A DNA stretch of 63,399 bases, the filler included, from Octopus bimaculoides (Eukaryota), in the NCBI RefSeq assembly GCF_001194135.2. It is 9 parts of 9 records of this genome, joined end to end, with 100 filler letters (N's around TTAATTAATTAA, not from the genome) between each part and the next. Parts side by side here need not be neighbours in the genome. Positions count along the whole stretch, not along the records: positions 31,748 to 40,202 come from NC_068999.1; positions 40,303 to 52,142 come from NC_068981.1; positions 52,243 to 55,647 come from NC_068991.1; 6 more parts are not named here. One strand, written 5' to 3'. Position 1 is the first letter of the stretch; each line of letters opens with the position of its first letter. Shown here in pieces: positions 39,709-53,314 of this stretch. The notes under the pieces were generated by a model. It searched no databases and was not told where the DNA came from. It worked only from the letters and a program-made list of their open reading frames with translations. Both the position numbers and the translations under genes were made by a program.

Positions 39709-40089
39709 CCTCTCTCTCTATCTCTCTGACTGCCTACACGCATACACACAGAGCGAGCGCACGTTGTTATTGTTGTTCTTATTGTTCGTGTTCTTGTCAA
39801 TGATGACGACGATGACGATGGTGATGATGATGATGACGACGACGACAACGACAATGAGGATGATGATACTGTTGCTACAAGTGATGATGGTGATGATGAT
39901 GATGCTGCTGTTGATAGTTGCAGCGTGGTGGTGGTAATGCGGATCACCATCGTTATCGTCATCTTTCATCAAAGTCGCCATCACCATCATCGTCACCATC
40001 ATCATCATCGTCACCATCATCATCATCATCATCGTCACCATCATCATCATCGTCACCATCATCATCATCATCATCATCATCATCGTCAC

Positions 40090-40129
<40 letters not shown>

Positions 40130-40399
40130 GTCGTCATCATCATCATCATCATCGACATCATCATCACTATAACAGTTAGCAACACCATGGCCATCACAAT
40201 TCNNNNNNNNNNNNNNNNNNNNNNNNNNNNNNNNNNNNNNNNNNNNTTAATTAATTAANNNNNNNNNNNNNNNNNNNNNNNNNNNNNNNNNNNNNNNNNN
40301 NNGATGTCTTTATTTCCGATGTTTTTAGATAAGTTTCGGAGCAGTGATTTATCGTACTCACATGTTAAACTTCCCCGGTGTTCTCTGTTAAACTTCCCC

Positions 40400-40400
<1 letters not shown>

Positions 40401-40454
<54 letters not shown>

Positions 40455-40800
40455 GTTATAGATATTTACTTCTAAAATAAATGTTTGTTACACTCAGTTT
40501 CCGAGATACACACAGTGCCCTAGGGCAAGTGAAGGAGAAAAGATGTCGCAGTATAACAGAAATCTTGGGGCAGTATGAAAATATCTGCATGTAATACATC
40601 ATAGACATTTAAACTGATTCGGATTTTCTAAGGATGTGTGGGCAGCACTTGTCACCACAATCTTCTGGATTACTCTGAGACATGGTTCTACTGGGCTGTT
40701 GTCTAGATGTTTCTCACATCTTTTTATTTATATCATACCTAGGGCATCTACAATAACAGGAACAGTGTTTTGCTTTAAAATGCCACACCTTTTGTTTAGA
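40401..40800 (-). mobile_element. 3' end of an R4/Dong-type LINE with (TTA)n tail
   Basis: Minus strand gives NTVPVIVDALGM...CEKHLDNSPVEPCLRVIQKIVVTSAAHILRK. Homologous to 43400-43735. (TTA)n at 40401-40453. Confidence 0.7.
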
Positions 40801-40825
40801 TTTCAAGATCATTATATTTACTACG

Positions 40826-41036
40826 TTTATTCTTTTACTTGTTTCATTCATTTGAATGTGGCCATGCTAGAGCACCGCTTTTAGTCGAGAATATCGACCC
40901 CAGGACTTATTCTTTGTAAGTCTAGTACTTATTCTATCGTTCACTTTTTTGCCGAACCGCTAAGTTACGGGGACGTAAACACACCAGCATTGGTTGTCAA
41001 GCGATGATGGGGGGGGGGACGAACACAGACAGACAA

Positions 41037-41071
<35 letters not shown>

Positions 41072-41243
41072 CATATATACGACGGGCTTCTTTCAGTTTC
41101 CGTCTACCAAATCCACTCACAAGGCATTAGTCGGCCCGAGGCTATAGTAGAAGGCACTTGCCTAAGGTGCCACGCAGTGGGACTGGACCCGGAACCATGT
41201 GGTTGGTAAGCAAGCTACTTACCACAGAGCCAATCCTGCGCCT
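40826..41243 (-). mobile_element. Full-length family A SINE
   Basis: Collinear reverse-complement match to 62524-62922. Confidence 0.85.
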
Positions 41244-41559
41244 ATGTAAATTTTTATTACAGATATATNNNNNNNNNNNNNNNNNNNNNNNNNNNNNNNN
41301 NNNNNNNNNNNNNNNNNNNNNNNNNNNNNNNNNNNNNNNNNNNNNNNNNNNNNNNNNNNNNNNNNNNNNNNNNNNNNNNNNNNNNNNNNNNNNNNNNNNN
41401 NNNNNNNNNNNNNNNNNNNNNNNNNNNNNNNNNNNNNNNNNNNNNNNNNNNNNNNNNNNNNNNNNNNNNNNNNNNNNNNNNNNNNNNNNNNNNNNNNNNN
41501 NNNNNNNNNNNNNNNNNNNNNNNNNNNNNNNNNNNNNNNNNNNNNNNNNNNNNNNNNNN

Positions 41560-41684
41560 CTTTAAAATTTGAGATCATATAGACAGTATTTTACGTAGGA
41601 TATGGGCAGTTCCGATGAGCTCTATCTTTTGAACTTCAGCCATTTTGGGGTTTCCTGGAATCTGATCTAGGTAGTAATCAGTCC
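41560..41684 (-). mobile_element. R4/Dong fragment (end of ORF), cut by an N gap
   Basis: Minus strand KMAEVQKIELIGTAHILRKILSI*, same family as 23265-23670. Confidence 0.7.
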
Positions 41685-41742
<58 letters not shown>

Positions 41743-43305
41743 GTTATTATTATTATTATTATTATCATTATTATTATTATTATATTGTCTTTGCCGAGTT
41801 TTTAACCATGGAGATGTATTACGGTGCTAGCTGTTCACCACCACTGAACTAAGGTAAAGACCCTTAATTTTCCAACACAATCCAGAGTATTCGAGCGGTT
41901 CCAAGTAACGTTGATTTCTGCAAGTACTCCACCCGTATTGCAGCCACAATTTGTAACATGGACTTCTCAAGCTTTTTACTCACTCTTCTCACAATTATTG
42001 TTACTACTACCACGATTTTCATCGACCACAACTGCGTAAACTCCTCAGCTAACCTATCATATCCATTTTCATTTCTTTCTTCTTTATTGCATACCTAATG
42101 TGAGCTGTGCATCGTATACCTATGGTCCAGCCTCGTTTGATTTCTTTCTCAATTAACACTATGTCTGGTTCCATATTCGCTATCACATGGTCGCACTGAA
42201 TCTTAAAATTCCATACGATCTTTGAATTATAATTTTCGATGATGCATTCGCGCTTATGTTCGAACCAATTTTTTGCTCTATCATGCTCGTAGTTGATGAA
42301 CAATCCTTGCTATATTGTCATGACGTCTCTTATATTCTTTCTGGGGTAGTGGCATACATTGACAGGTAGTATGCCATACGGTTTCACCATTTTGTGAACA
42401 AATTCTGCCCTTATCACTCTCTGATGTGTTGTCTATTCGGTATGTGATGTAATTCCTTCTTAATGCTTGCTCTTGGGCAGCACAGATTAGAGCCTCCGTT
42501 TCCGGTTTTAAATCACTTTTTGTCATCCACAGCCATCTTTAATCTCAGTTTGCCTTATCTTCAACATCTCTACGAAATTGTCCATGCATTCTTTCAGCTT
42601 CATTGATTTCAAGTGCTTCTACAGTGCTTTAACTTTGCAATCTCCTTCCTACACAAGCCTGACCTTCTTACTTGCAATAATGACGGTTCTGTGGCATTTT
42701 CTACATACCATACTATTTTGTTTTCTTCTGCCCTAATGCTGTGTTCGCATCCAAACACTCTTCTTCCCCCTCCTTTTCTTGGTACATTCTGTGTCAATTT
42801 TTGGTGGAGTATCCCCTATCTAGTCAGTAACTTCCTTGCTTTTCTGTCTAAGCTGTTTAGTTCGTCTACTGTCCATGCGATTACCCTTGCTCCATATCTA
42901 ATGAGTGAAACCGCACAGGTGTTGATAGCTTCGATCTTATTCCATCCGTTTAATTTCGACTTAAATATCAGTGTCAGTCTGCGCGAGTACTCCACCGTAA
43001 ATTTTCTGTCATTTCTTTCTCCATCAATTTGTCCATTTCCCAAATCCCTAAGTACTTATAGCCCATCTCTTGTATCTGCTTCATAACATCCCCCGACGGT
43101 ATCGCTACCCTGTCCATACATTTGATTTTGCTTCTCTTCAAGACTAACACGCCACACTTTCTCAGTCCGAACACCATTCTGATATCAGCACTGGATATAT
43201 ACACCGTATCAACTTGGGAACTAACATGGGATTCATCTTTAGCATAAAGTTTAAGATCCTCCATGAATAAGAAGAGGCTGACATTTTTTTGGCAGCTCTT
43301 GAATA

Positions 43306-43308
<3 letters not shown>
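41685..43308 (-). mobile_element. 5'-truncated R4/Dong LINE (RT C-terminus, zinc knuckle, RLE, 3' UTR, (TTA)n tail)
   Basis: LFMEDLKLYAK...YKYLGI; KSKLNGWNKIEAINTCAVSLIRYG; LKPETEALICAAQEQALR...KEYKRRHDNIARIVH; IVWNFKIQCDHVIANMEPDIVLIEK. (TTA)n on both sides. Confidence 0.85.
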
Positions 43309-43387
<79 letters not shown>

Positions 43388-43735
43388 TATATATATTTTA
43401 ATCTGCATGTTTGTTACATCACGCACTGAAACTCACTTAGTGTCTTAGGGTGAATGAAAGATAAGAGATGTTACAGTATAACTGAGAGCTTGAGGAAGTC
43501 AAGTGGCAGGGGCTGTAGCGAAATATTTTTATCTAATAAAAACATACATTTAAATCGATAAGTATTTTCTAATTATGAGGGCAGCACTTATCAGCAAAAT
43601 CTTTTGGATTTTTCTGAGACATGGTTCTCCTGAAATATTATCTACATTTTTCTGAGATCATTTTCTTATCATACCAAGGGCACCAACAATAACAGGAATA
43701 GCTTTCGCTTCCAAGTACCACACCTATTGTATTTC
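43309..43735 (-). mobile_element. 3' end of another R4/Dong LINE with (TTA)n tail at 43309-43385
   Basis: Homologous by eye to 40470-40800 (GGGCAGCACTT, CTGAGACATGGTTCT, ACAATAACAGGAA). Confidence 0.7.
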
Positions 43736-43790
43736 TATTGTCCCTTCATTTACTTTCTTTAGTTTCTCTTCTTGTTTCTTTCTGTGTTCG

Positions 43791-43826
43791 TTTCTGAGGA
43801 AGAGCGTAGGCTCGAAACATTAAAGA
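43791..43826 (+). ncRNA. Degenerate minimal hammerhead-like motif
   Basis: CUGAGGA (43794-800), extra A, stem II GAGC-GUAG-GCUC, GAAAC. The downstream AUU lacks the G needed for stem III. Stem I is only UUU/AAA. Confidence 0.4.
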
Positions 43827-44270
43827 GATTTTCATTTCACGAGCGTTAAACATCTGTTTGTTGTCTACACCACCTGTCATGGTCTTTTGCTTTTTTTGTG
43901 AATTCTCCTCATACATATATACATAAGTACATATTTATATACAAACTTAAACGTATTCCTGCATTCATTTATTCATGCATATATATGCTTATATACACTT
44001 GTGTGTGCATGTGTGCGTGTGAGTGTGCACGCGTGTGTGTGCGGATTTATGTGTGTGCATATGTGGGTGTGGGTGTGAAGACATGAAAATCGAAGTGGAA
44101 GCGAAGTAAATAAGACAAAGACAAGATAATCTGCTAGCAGTAAACCTTTCTCAATTCACACTCATACTATATGTCGGTTCGTATTTTATATATTCCTTTT
44201 TAAAAAAAAAAGAAATGGAGTAAGATTTCACAGCTAAAGTGATGAAAATGTTCCTATCCTGCACAAAACG

Positions 44271-44640
44271 ACTCTTTTACATATTTCAGTAATTTGACTG
44301 TGGCCATGCTGGAGCACCGCCTTTAGTCGAGCAAATCGACCCCACCCCAGGACTTATTCTATCGGTCTCTTTTGCCAAACCGCTAAGATACGGGGACGTA
44401 AACACACCAGCATCGGTTGTCAAGCGATGTTGGGGAACAAACACAGACACACAAACACACACATATATATATATACTTATACATATATACGACGGCGTTC
44501 TTTCAGTTTCCGTCTACTAAATCCACTCACAAGGCCTTGGTCGGCCGGAGGCTATAGTAGAAAACAAGTGCCCAAGGTAGAACTGAACCCGGAATCATGT
44601 GGTTAGTAAGCAAGCTACTTACCACACAGCCACTCCTGCG
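44271..44640 (-). mobile_element. Family A SINE with small internal deletions
   Basis: Collinear reverse-complement match to 62524-62922. Confidence 0.85.
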
Positions 44641-45867
44641 ACTGATTTTTTTATGAATGGACAAACTACAAATTTCGTTGATAAAGCATAAATATTTATG
44701 CATGAATAATGAAGTTCCATTGCAATTATTTTAATTATATTTCATATTACACAAAAAATCGTAATATGTATATCTATTCTGAAAACAGAATCGTGCTTTT
44801 AAAATCTAGTTCTTGTAAGATTCAATTCAATCTACAATGTGACAACTACATATGAAGATTTCATATTTAAAACTGTCGTTTCTGCAAAATTTATTCATAA
44901 GGTCCTCACCAGATGGTAATAAATGAAATGCAATATGATAGTGAATGAAGGAAAAAATATTATGAACAATTACGAACAGAATTTTGTGTCTCTAATAGTA
45001 GTTACGCTACATAAATGAATTCTATGAGGTGTGAGTACTTAAATGTAAAGATGTCGATAATGCAGCTAATCAGGATAGAAATACAATTAAAACCACGAAA
45101 TTAACTAGTGCCAACTTTGAAGAAATAATTTTCTAAATTGCTAGTAGAATATTTTATGATAACCAAAAGTAGTACTGCCACCTTACATATTGAAACAACA
45201 CGCGAGAGAAAGCAATAATTAGCTAATTACAGAAACCCACTTACGTTAGAGACTATAAACACAGAGACCTTTGAGTTTATGCTTGAACCCCATAGATTAT
45301 TAACTGTCAGATGTGTTTAGCACAAATGAAAGTTCACAAATTAGCACCGGCTGAATAATTAAATATGAAGGATATTACAATATCAGAGCTATATGTTATC
45401 TATTATATTCCGCAAATGAACGATTGCCAAAATGCATACGGTATAAACAAGATTCCTGCTTCATTGCGTTTAGTATCCCTCATAACAAAGGGATGCCGTG
45501 ATAGATTTGATATTTAAGAGACAGAAAGGAATATCAGGCCTGAATAATGTTAGCCCATTCAGCAGTAATGTGTAAATACCTCGGATTTTAGCATAACAAT
45601 CGTATAGCAGCCAACACAAAATATCCGCATTTGTTTTAGTTTGTATGTGTTATGCAGAATGCATAAGTTATTTAACTAGAAATATTTATGCTGTGAGGAA
45701 AGACAACAATAGTTAATATTTAATAATATCATTGTATATTGAAAAATTCGGAAGACACTTCTGGGCGTATTTCTGTCTGAGTATGAAAATATCGGACTAT
45801 GGACTTCGGCGAATTCGCAAAATAATAATAATAATATTAATAATAATAATTATAATAATAATAATAA

Positions 45868-45898
<31 letters not shown>

Positions 45899-46189
45899 AA
45901 GAAGAAGAAGAAGAAGAAGAAGGGGGAGGAGAAGAAGGGGAGGAGGAGGAGGAGAAGAAGAAGGAGAAGAAGAAGAAGGAGGAGGAGGATAATAATAATA
46001 AGAAGAAGAAGAAGGAGGAGGAGGAGGAAGGATGAGAAGAAGAAGGAGAAGAAGAAGAAGAAGAAGAAGAAGAAGAAGAAGAAGAAGAAGAAGAAGAAGA
46101 AGAAGAAGAAGAAGAAGAAGAAGAAGAAGAAGAAGAAGAAGAAGAAGAAGAAGAAGAAGATGAAGAGCAACAATAAAAATACTAATGCT

Positions 46190-46385
46190 TTCTATTAAAC
46201 GTGAAAGGCCTGAAATTTTGAGAAAGGAGACCAGATGATTACATCAACCCCAATACTCAATTGGTACTTATTTATCGGCATCGAAGGGATGAAAGACACA
46301 GTCGACCTCAGCGTAATATGAGCTGACAGATGAAATGCCGCCAAGTATTTCTCCGGCATACTACAGTTTCTGCCAGCTCACCGAA
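46190..46385 (-). mobile_element. Diverged family C (Nin-like) SINE
   Basis: GATTACATCAACCCCA...TTGGTACTTATTTATCG...GGATGAAAGAC...TTTCTGCCAGCTCACC. Confidence 0.7.
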
Positions 46386-48399
46386 TAATAATCATTGTAA
46401 TAATACCACTCTGAACGAAAATGCAAATTCCCTCGTAGTCGACATGACATTTCAGCTTTCGAGGCCAATGTAATAGGTACTAGTTGAGAATTGCGGTCTA
46501 TCTAGCTGCCCCCTGCTCCAGAATTTCAGACCGAGTGGCTATCATATAAAAGTGTTTTTTTAATTTTTTTTTTTATATATATGTTAACTTAAAAGGCGTA
46601 GAAAGAAAAAAAAATCTAAATTTTGATTCAGTAATGCTGCGTTTATGTGGCAAGGATTTTGATATGCAACTTGGGGCGTATAAGTGTACAATTCAAATTA
46701 CGATACGAATCAAAAGTTTTTAATTGTAAAATTACCACTAATTATCATTAGACCCCTCAGAAGTAATTAGGTACATATGTATATTGAGGTGCCGCAGTAC
46801 GGTAGTAGAATGTAATGAGAAACAAAGAGAAATGCTACGAATTTGCTAGAAATAAATTCAAGTGAAAGAAATATTTTCACAGAAATGAATGTATCGGTAG
46901 TTCAGTAATATGATTCCCTGCTCCTTTTGTAAACTGGTCAAAGGCAGACATAGCTAACTGAATAAGCTAGAATGATAAGCAACTTCTCACACCACACAAC
47001 ACGCTGAAAAGTTAAAATAATATCGACAGGCACTAACCACTAAGAAAGGAGAAATAAAATGATTATTAAATGCAGAAGACACTAATTAGTACAGCAATAC
47101 TGGTTAAGAAAACTATCTTGTGTATAGGGAAGAAAGAATATCACCCGCGGCTAGAAATATCTAAGAGTTATTCAGCACAGGACATATTCAAGACCGGAAG
47201 GGCAAATGACTTGGAAAATATCTACCATGTAAAGAAAGTGCATAGGCAATTCGAGTAACACACCAACGACGTTGGGGGGGGGGGGTAAACGTTGCTGCTT
47301 GTGGATTACAGATGGAAACCTAAGTATAGCGGCTGAAGCAAAAAATAAAAAAATAAAAATAAACATGAGAATGAATTTGAGAAACGTAAAAATTGATAAA
47401 AACCCAATCACAGGTTGAATGCAGAATCTGTGAAAGAGGAGACTGAAGTGATAATTAATTCTAAAGTAAATGTAGTAAGGCAGCAAGGAAAGAGTGTAAA
47501 TGAAGACGTGACCGTATCGGTAAAAAAGTGCATTGATTAGTTAATCGAATATTTTAATTTTAGTAGCACAAAAATGATAGAAAACGAAGCCAGGAATTGT
47601 GTCCACATCAGCTGAACACCCAGAGAAAAATAATATTTGCAGAATTTTATAGGACTTTTCTATAACAACTAATTCTATTATTGAACGGCGAAGACAAGAT
47701 ACGAATCTACAGGACATGAACATCATAGTGTTTGCAGTACCATAGGATAATAGAGTGGATACAAAAGAAAATGCTTAGATGAAGCGATTCTGGTAGATTA
47801 GACTAGGTTGAAACGCTTTCCTATGGGTAAGTTTTGCACTTGAAACAACCTCTAAACTTCTACTTAAGAATTTAAAGACTATTAGATCTGTTATTCCCAC
47901 TGCTGACCTGAAAAAAAATCGTCAATCATGTATTCCGCAAAGTTTCTAGAGATTTGGTGAGAACGTCCTCACCAACCACCTGAAGACAACTTCCATGCAA
48001 AATATCGTAGCATGTTATGGTTCTTTAGGCGCATTTTACAATCTCCTGCTAGGACAAGCACAAACCTGATTGGAAACCTGAAAATTATACAATCTCCGGT
48101 ACTAGAAAGGGAGTGAACTCAGGAGGTGTACCTGCCCGAGGCTTGCAGATTGTGAAAGGAAAGGATCCTTACAATTTATGTTATTTCTGCAACGTTTGCT
48201 CAAATTAAGGACAATTTCACAGGCGCAAATTTATGTTTTGAACGAGTAAAAATTATCCGAGAATGAAGCTTATGATTAAACTACCAATTTATTGGGGAAC
48301 TATATAACGGTGTTGGTATGGACAATTTATTCTGGCGACTTTGAATGTATTTCCAGTACTAGAATACAACTTGAGATGCAAGCACATGGGTAAATTGTA

Positions 48400-50500
48400 A
48401 TAAATACAATTCATAACTGGTATTAGAACATAAATTGGAATTCAAAAAATTTAACAGGCAAGAAAGTGAGACTAAATTTAGTGTATATGAAAGTGTATAT
48501 GCTTATAAATACTGTGTTCAAACTAATATTTTCAAGATGAGTTAGATACAGGGGATATGGACTTGAGAATGTAGCAGGATGTTTGAAGTTAAGAGAAGAT
48601 TGGATTAATGGCCACGATATTTGAGTAATTTGAGCAAATGCTTAAAGACAAGAAAATTTAGTATATGAGTACATGATTAATAAACTTAAAATGATACGAA
48701 GGGTTTTCACAGTGTCATGTAATACATGTTTATCACTTCTCTACGTCTGATAAATAGATACAAGTCTCTTGTTACTGCAATAGCGAATTGTTGGGTCGCA
48801 TAATAGGCAAACCGAGAGCGTTCACTTAAATATATTGAGGAGAATGATGAATAAAATATAACATCAAGGTCATGGTACAGAAAGTTAATCAAATAAAAAA
48901 AAAACGTGGAGTAAGTAAGGAACTGATCAATACAACACTATAAAGAACGTACAATATGAATATAAAAAGAGGGATGTAAATGCGATAACCGAGGTGCTGT
49001 GAGAAGGAATAGCAGAAAAGTTATTTGACATAAAACTATATGAAAACTGAAGGGATGAGATTATTTTGTTTCAAAATAATAGAAATAAACCTTTTACGGA
49101 AACACAAAACGATGAACCATTAAATGGAGTGAACAAAAGTTAGAAGAATTAAGAAAGGAATTAAGATGAATATCAACAGATTAAAAGAGAAATCCCTTTA
49201 GAGTTCATCGGGAAACATTATTGAAATTGGAAGAGCTTCGGCTATACAGACCGCAAACTTTCACGTAAATACCATGGTAAGTACAGATACAGCGATTAAA
49301 TCGATATCTACGTTTAGAAGAGTCATAAACAGGATGACAAATTTTAAGCAAACACTTATTATCAAAGACAAAATTGAGAAAAAAAAGGCACTTAGGACAT
49401 AGACTACAGACTGACAATTTTTCCTGCTACTAAATTATTAGCAATCATATTTCTGAGTTTCAACTATCCTCACGTAAGACCAAACCCTACAAACAAACCA
49501 TAAAAACAAACCCTACAGCATAAAGAGAAAGGATATCGATAAAATTCAAACAGAAGAAAATAACAATTAATCAAGTTGATTAAAATAAATGCAAGAGAGG
49601 ACTAAATTCGATGGAATTTGAAGATAGTAAATCTCAAACTTGCAAACTTGCTAGACTGGTGTGAAAACTTCGTAGTAAGTCGGCAAACTAAAATAACTGT
49701 GGAAGACCTTCTCGAAAAAGACAAAACATTTTGAAGTAAGGTCAATGCATATTATTCTGTTTCTTATAGAATTTGTCATTGCTGCTATCGGATTTTCTGT
49801 AGATTTCAGGAAGATAAAACCTACATGGAGCCTAGGCAAATTATAGGACGATTTCAAGCATTTGCTAATCCTGAAAAGATTGGAGAAAATAACAGAGAAT
49901 CCAATAATCTGATCAATAAAATAACAGAATTAGTTAATGATACTAGAATAGTCTGTATTATATCCAAGTGTGGAGACTTCGTGATGAAGAAAAGGAAATA
50001 CTATGAAATTCCTGGGATTAATCAATCTATCGTGCAAAAGATACTTGCTATTCATGGATTTCATTGTTTCATATATATTCGGAGATTATACTTTAAGAGA
50101 TACAACAATGAACTTTAAAATCCAGAAAGATATTTTTGCGAAAGGAAACATGTATATAGAAATCTAAAGTGGTAGACAAAGAACGGGGTGAAATAGGACC
50201 TAAAATACAAATTCCATTGTATCGGAACGCATCGTAAGCATTTACCTATTATGAGTCTAATCGACAAAACAATTTTGGCAAGAATAACCAAATAATGCAA
50301 TCTATCCAAATCATGCGTTTCAAGTTATGAAGTGTAACTCGCAAAGAAATCGAGAATATATCTAAATATATTAAATGTGGGGCAACGGCTTTCTATTGAT
50401 GGGGGGGGGGAGGAAAGCGTATATGGAATTTGATAAAAGTTTAATATGAATTACAAACCTAGTTACAGAACCAAATCTCATGAGTTAACTGATATTACGA
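48400..50500 (+). mobile_element. Possible highly decayed CR1-like LINE
   Basis: Purine/A-rich strand bias with faint motif echoes (LNLVYMK near 48470, YMEFDK near 50420). No continuous ORF. Confidence 0.3.
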
Positions 50501-50574
50501 CAATGGCGTAACATTTTAAAGTATGAATGAAAATATATTATTTGTCTAATACATCAATTTTACATCGCCTTATT

Positions 50575-50790
50575 GTGGGATAGCGCATAGGTTGCTGCAC
50601 TTACGATCGCTACACCGTGGTCCCAATTCTGGATCATGTGGTGCGTTGTGTTCTTGGGCAAACGACTTCATCTCATGTTGCTCAGCGATCATTTCGACAA
50701 CTTACGCGTGGTCAGCAGTGCACCTGTTCAGGCAATGTTGATTTGATGGAGTAAGTGAACTAACGTACAGTACTAATATTTGATCGCTAT
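50575..50790 (+). mobile_element. Diverged tRNA-headed SINE (family B-like)
   Basis: TGCGTTGTGTTCTTGGGCAAACGACTTCATCTCATGTTGCTC is the plus-orientation version of the family B core. Confidence 0.6.
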
Positions 50791-52339
50791 AAACCAAAAA
50801 TATATTTGTGGAAGTTTTTCAGTAAGAAATTGCAGACATTTCTTTCTAGGATTACGAGAGAGTATCATCATTTTGCTTTCTTAATTCCAGTTGAGTATAA
50901 CTTTCCATTGAATTTTCAGCATGTTCGATGGAATTTGAAGAAATATTATTAAATAGTGGGTACTGTCTTTGATTAGGTTTGAGAGATAGAGATTAATTAA
51001 ACCAAATGTATCCAAAATATACACAAATCAAATTACTCAGTTTATGCACTTATGAAATGTACTCCAAGTTTTAAGACAACGGATAATTGTAACATTGACA
51101 TATATTGTCGACTCACTATATCACATGTGATATTTACTGGCATACTTGTGACTATATAATTGATATCTATAAAATTAATGTAACAACAAAACAGTATTTA
51201 GATATTTCCATCTGTCACATTGAATTGTCTGTCCGCATTTAAGATTATTTATGCTAAATCGCAACGATTTGAGTTGAATGATCGGGGTACATTACCCGAT
51301 AAATATTTAGAGAAAATTAACACAGTCAATATTTATCATAATTATATTTCGTAAATCTTGTTAGTGTATTATTAATTCTGTTGCAATTTGTAATCTGGGG
51401 ATATATAACATATATTAAATAATTTGGCGTAATGTATCTGATGTTTGATTTCCCTTCTGAGACACAGAAATACATATATAAATGCGTATTGAGCTGTTTA
51501 TCTAAGAAGTCATAAAATTAAATAGTGATTCCGTTTTGATTCAATTGTAAATATACTTTATTGCACTTATTTTCAATTTTAGTAACAGTTACTGACTCGT
51601 ATTATCTTGCATTGTTATTATTGCATTTCCTCCACAAATCAGGAGAGCAACCATATATTTCATCGACATTCTTGAAATACCAATCAAAACCTTTCAAATT
51701 ACTCCGCAGAGAAAAAGAATATACACAAGATTGTTCATATGTCAGTCTCGTACATGAACAACGAATTTTGAATTTTCTTTTTTATTACTGTAAAATTCTA
51801 TTAGAATAATAGGACAGAAATAGAAACACACGATTGAGAGGAAACTTTTAAATGAGGGAAATTTTATATAACAAAATGGAAACGTAATTACTAGTTATAT
51901 TTCTGAACGTTATTTTTGTAATTATTTTTTTGTATCATAGCTTCAAATATAAAAGAACAATTTATCCAGTAACCGAAAATAGATACGAGTGTATATGAAA
52001 ATATTGGTTATTACTCTTATACTTTTATAGCTTTCAAAATTTACAGATATGAGTATTTTTTTTTATTTTGTACTTAAACATGCATATTTACATACAAACA
52101 TACATATATACATGTATATATAAATATATATATATATATATANNNNNNNNNNNNNNNNNNNNNNNNNNNNNNNNNNNNNNNNNNNNTTAATTAATTAANN
52201 NNNNNNNNNNNNNNNNNNNNNNNNNNNNNNNNNNNNNNNNNNGTATGTCATTACAGTATCGAAATGGTGTACATATACATGTATATGTATACATATACAT
52301 CTCTCTCTCTCTCTTTCTCTCTCTGTGAAAGTATCTGTC

Positions 52340-52637
52340 ATTACAGTATCGAAATGTGATTGTTTCAGTTAGTGGAATAGTTTCATTTTTAAAGTGAAAG
52401 TATTTGACATGGGTGTTTTTGTTTCACTTTTGACACGTAATACTTAAATAGTGGAGGAGATATTATGTTGCCGTGGGCTCGAACTCTGCAAGAAGTTAAA
52501 AATTTTTTTGACTAAAACACAACTGGAACCCTAAGTAAGGCATGTGTAAAATTTGAATGAAATTGGTTGCGTAGTTCTCGAGTTTTAGGGATTCACACAG
52601 ACAGACAGACACACATTCTCATTTTTATATATATAGA
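52340..52637 (-). mobile_element. Non-autonomous Helitron-like element, 5' portion
   Basis: Minus strand begins A|TCTATATATATAAAAATGAGAATGTGTGTCTGTCTG...CAATTTCATTCAAATTTTACAC, i.e. a TC terminus followed by a (GTCT)n tract, as in small invertebrate Helitrons. Confidence 0.55.
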
Positions 52638-52669
52638 TATATTTATATATATATAAAAGCATACTTCTT

Positions 52670-52832
52670 ACAGTTTCTATCTATCAAATTAACCACTCAC
52701 AAGGCTACAAGGCATTGCTCAGCCTTGGGGCTATAGCAGAGGACATTTATCCAAGGTGCCATGCAATGAGACTGACTTTGAACGTATGTGATTCTAAAGT
52801 GAAACTGTTAACCACACAGCCATGCCTGTGCC
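52670..52832 (-). mobile_element. Old, CpG-decayed head half of a family A SINE
   Basis: CCACTCACAAGGC...GGCTATAGCAGAGGACATTTATCCAAGGTGCCATGCA...ACCACACAGCCA. Confidence 0.7.
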
Positions 52833-53236
52833 TATATAATACACATGTATGCGTACACACAAAAGTTAAGAATACAGAATACACCTCAGTTTACATGCAG
52901 CACTTGTTTATCTGTAACTACATTTTGTTTCTTGGAATATTCAGCTACAACATAGAAAAATAATGGTTTTCTGCCTGTCACTACACACTATTTCTCCCTC
53001 AGTTACAGCATGTCATCCAAATCTTGGCCCCACTCTTAGTTTCTCTCATCTTATTTGTTTTTACATTTAGTTTTTTCTAATAATATTTCAAGTGTCATGA
53101 GGAGGGAAATATGAAGGAGCAATATGCCTGGGGAGAGAAAATAATATTTTTATCATGAAATTTATTTAAGATATCAACAGATTTATAGATATCGAAGTAC
53201 ATCATAAAATACATGAAAGATGTATGATATTTTTAG

Positions 53237-53314
53237 ACTAATTCATATCAAGGACAAACCAAGCACAAACTAATCACACCCAGCGTGACTTCATTTCAAC
53301 CAAGGACATGTTGA
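53237..53314 (+). CDS. Candidate terminal exon TNSYQGQTKHKLITPSVTSFQPRTC* (gene assignment uncertain)
   Basis: Acceptor atatttttAG at 53236, open phase-0 frame to TGA, followed by more than 2 kb of repeat-free AT-rich sequence. No homology confirmed. Confidence 0.25.
   Translation, partial: TNSYQGQTKHKLITPSVTSFQPRTC

Noticed and set aside
39918-40197. Poly-His, poly-Met and poly-Ser ORFs
   Set aside because: These are translations of a (CAT)n microsatellite with no splice or homology support.
49607-50940. 17-bp exact repeat TTCGATGGAATTTGAAG about 1.3 kb apart as a possible TSD
   Set aside because: No element boundaries coincide with it, and such a match is plausible by chance in AT-rich, repeat-rich DNA.
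52246-52356. 21-bp direct repeat TGTCATTACAGTATCGAAATG flanking a CT/TA tract
   Set aside because: It sits at a contig edge beside a spacer, so an assembly artefact or local slippage is more likely.
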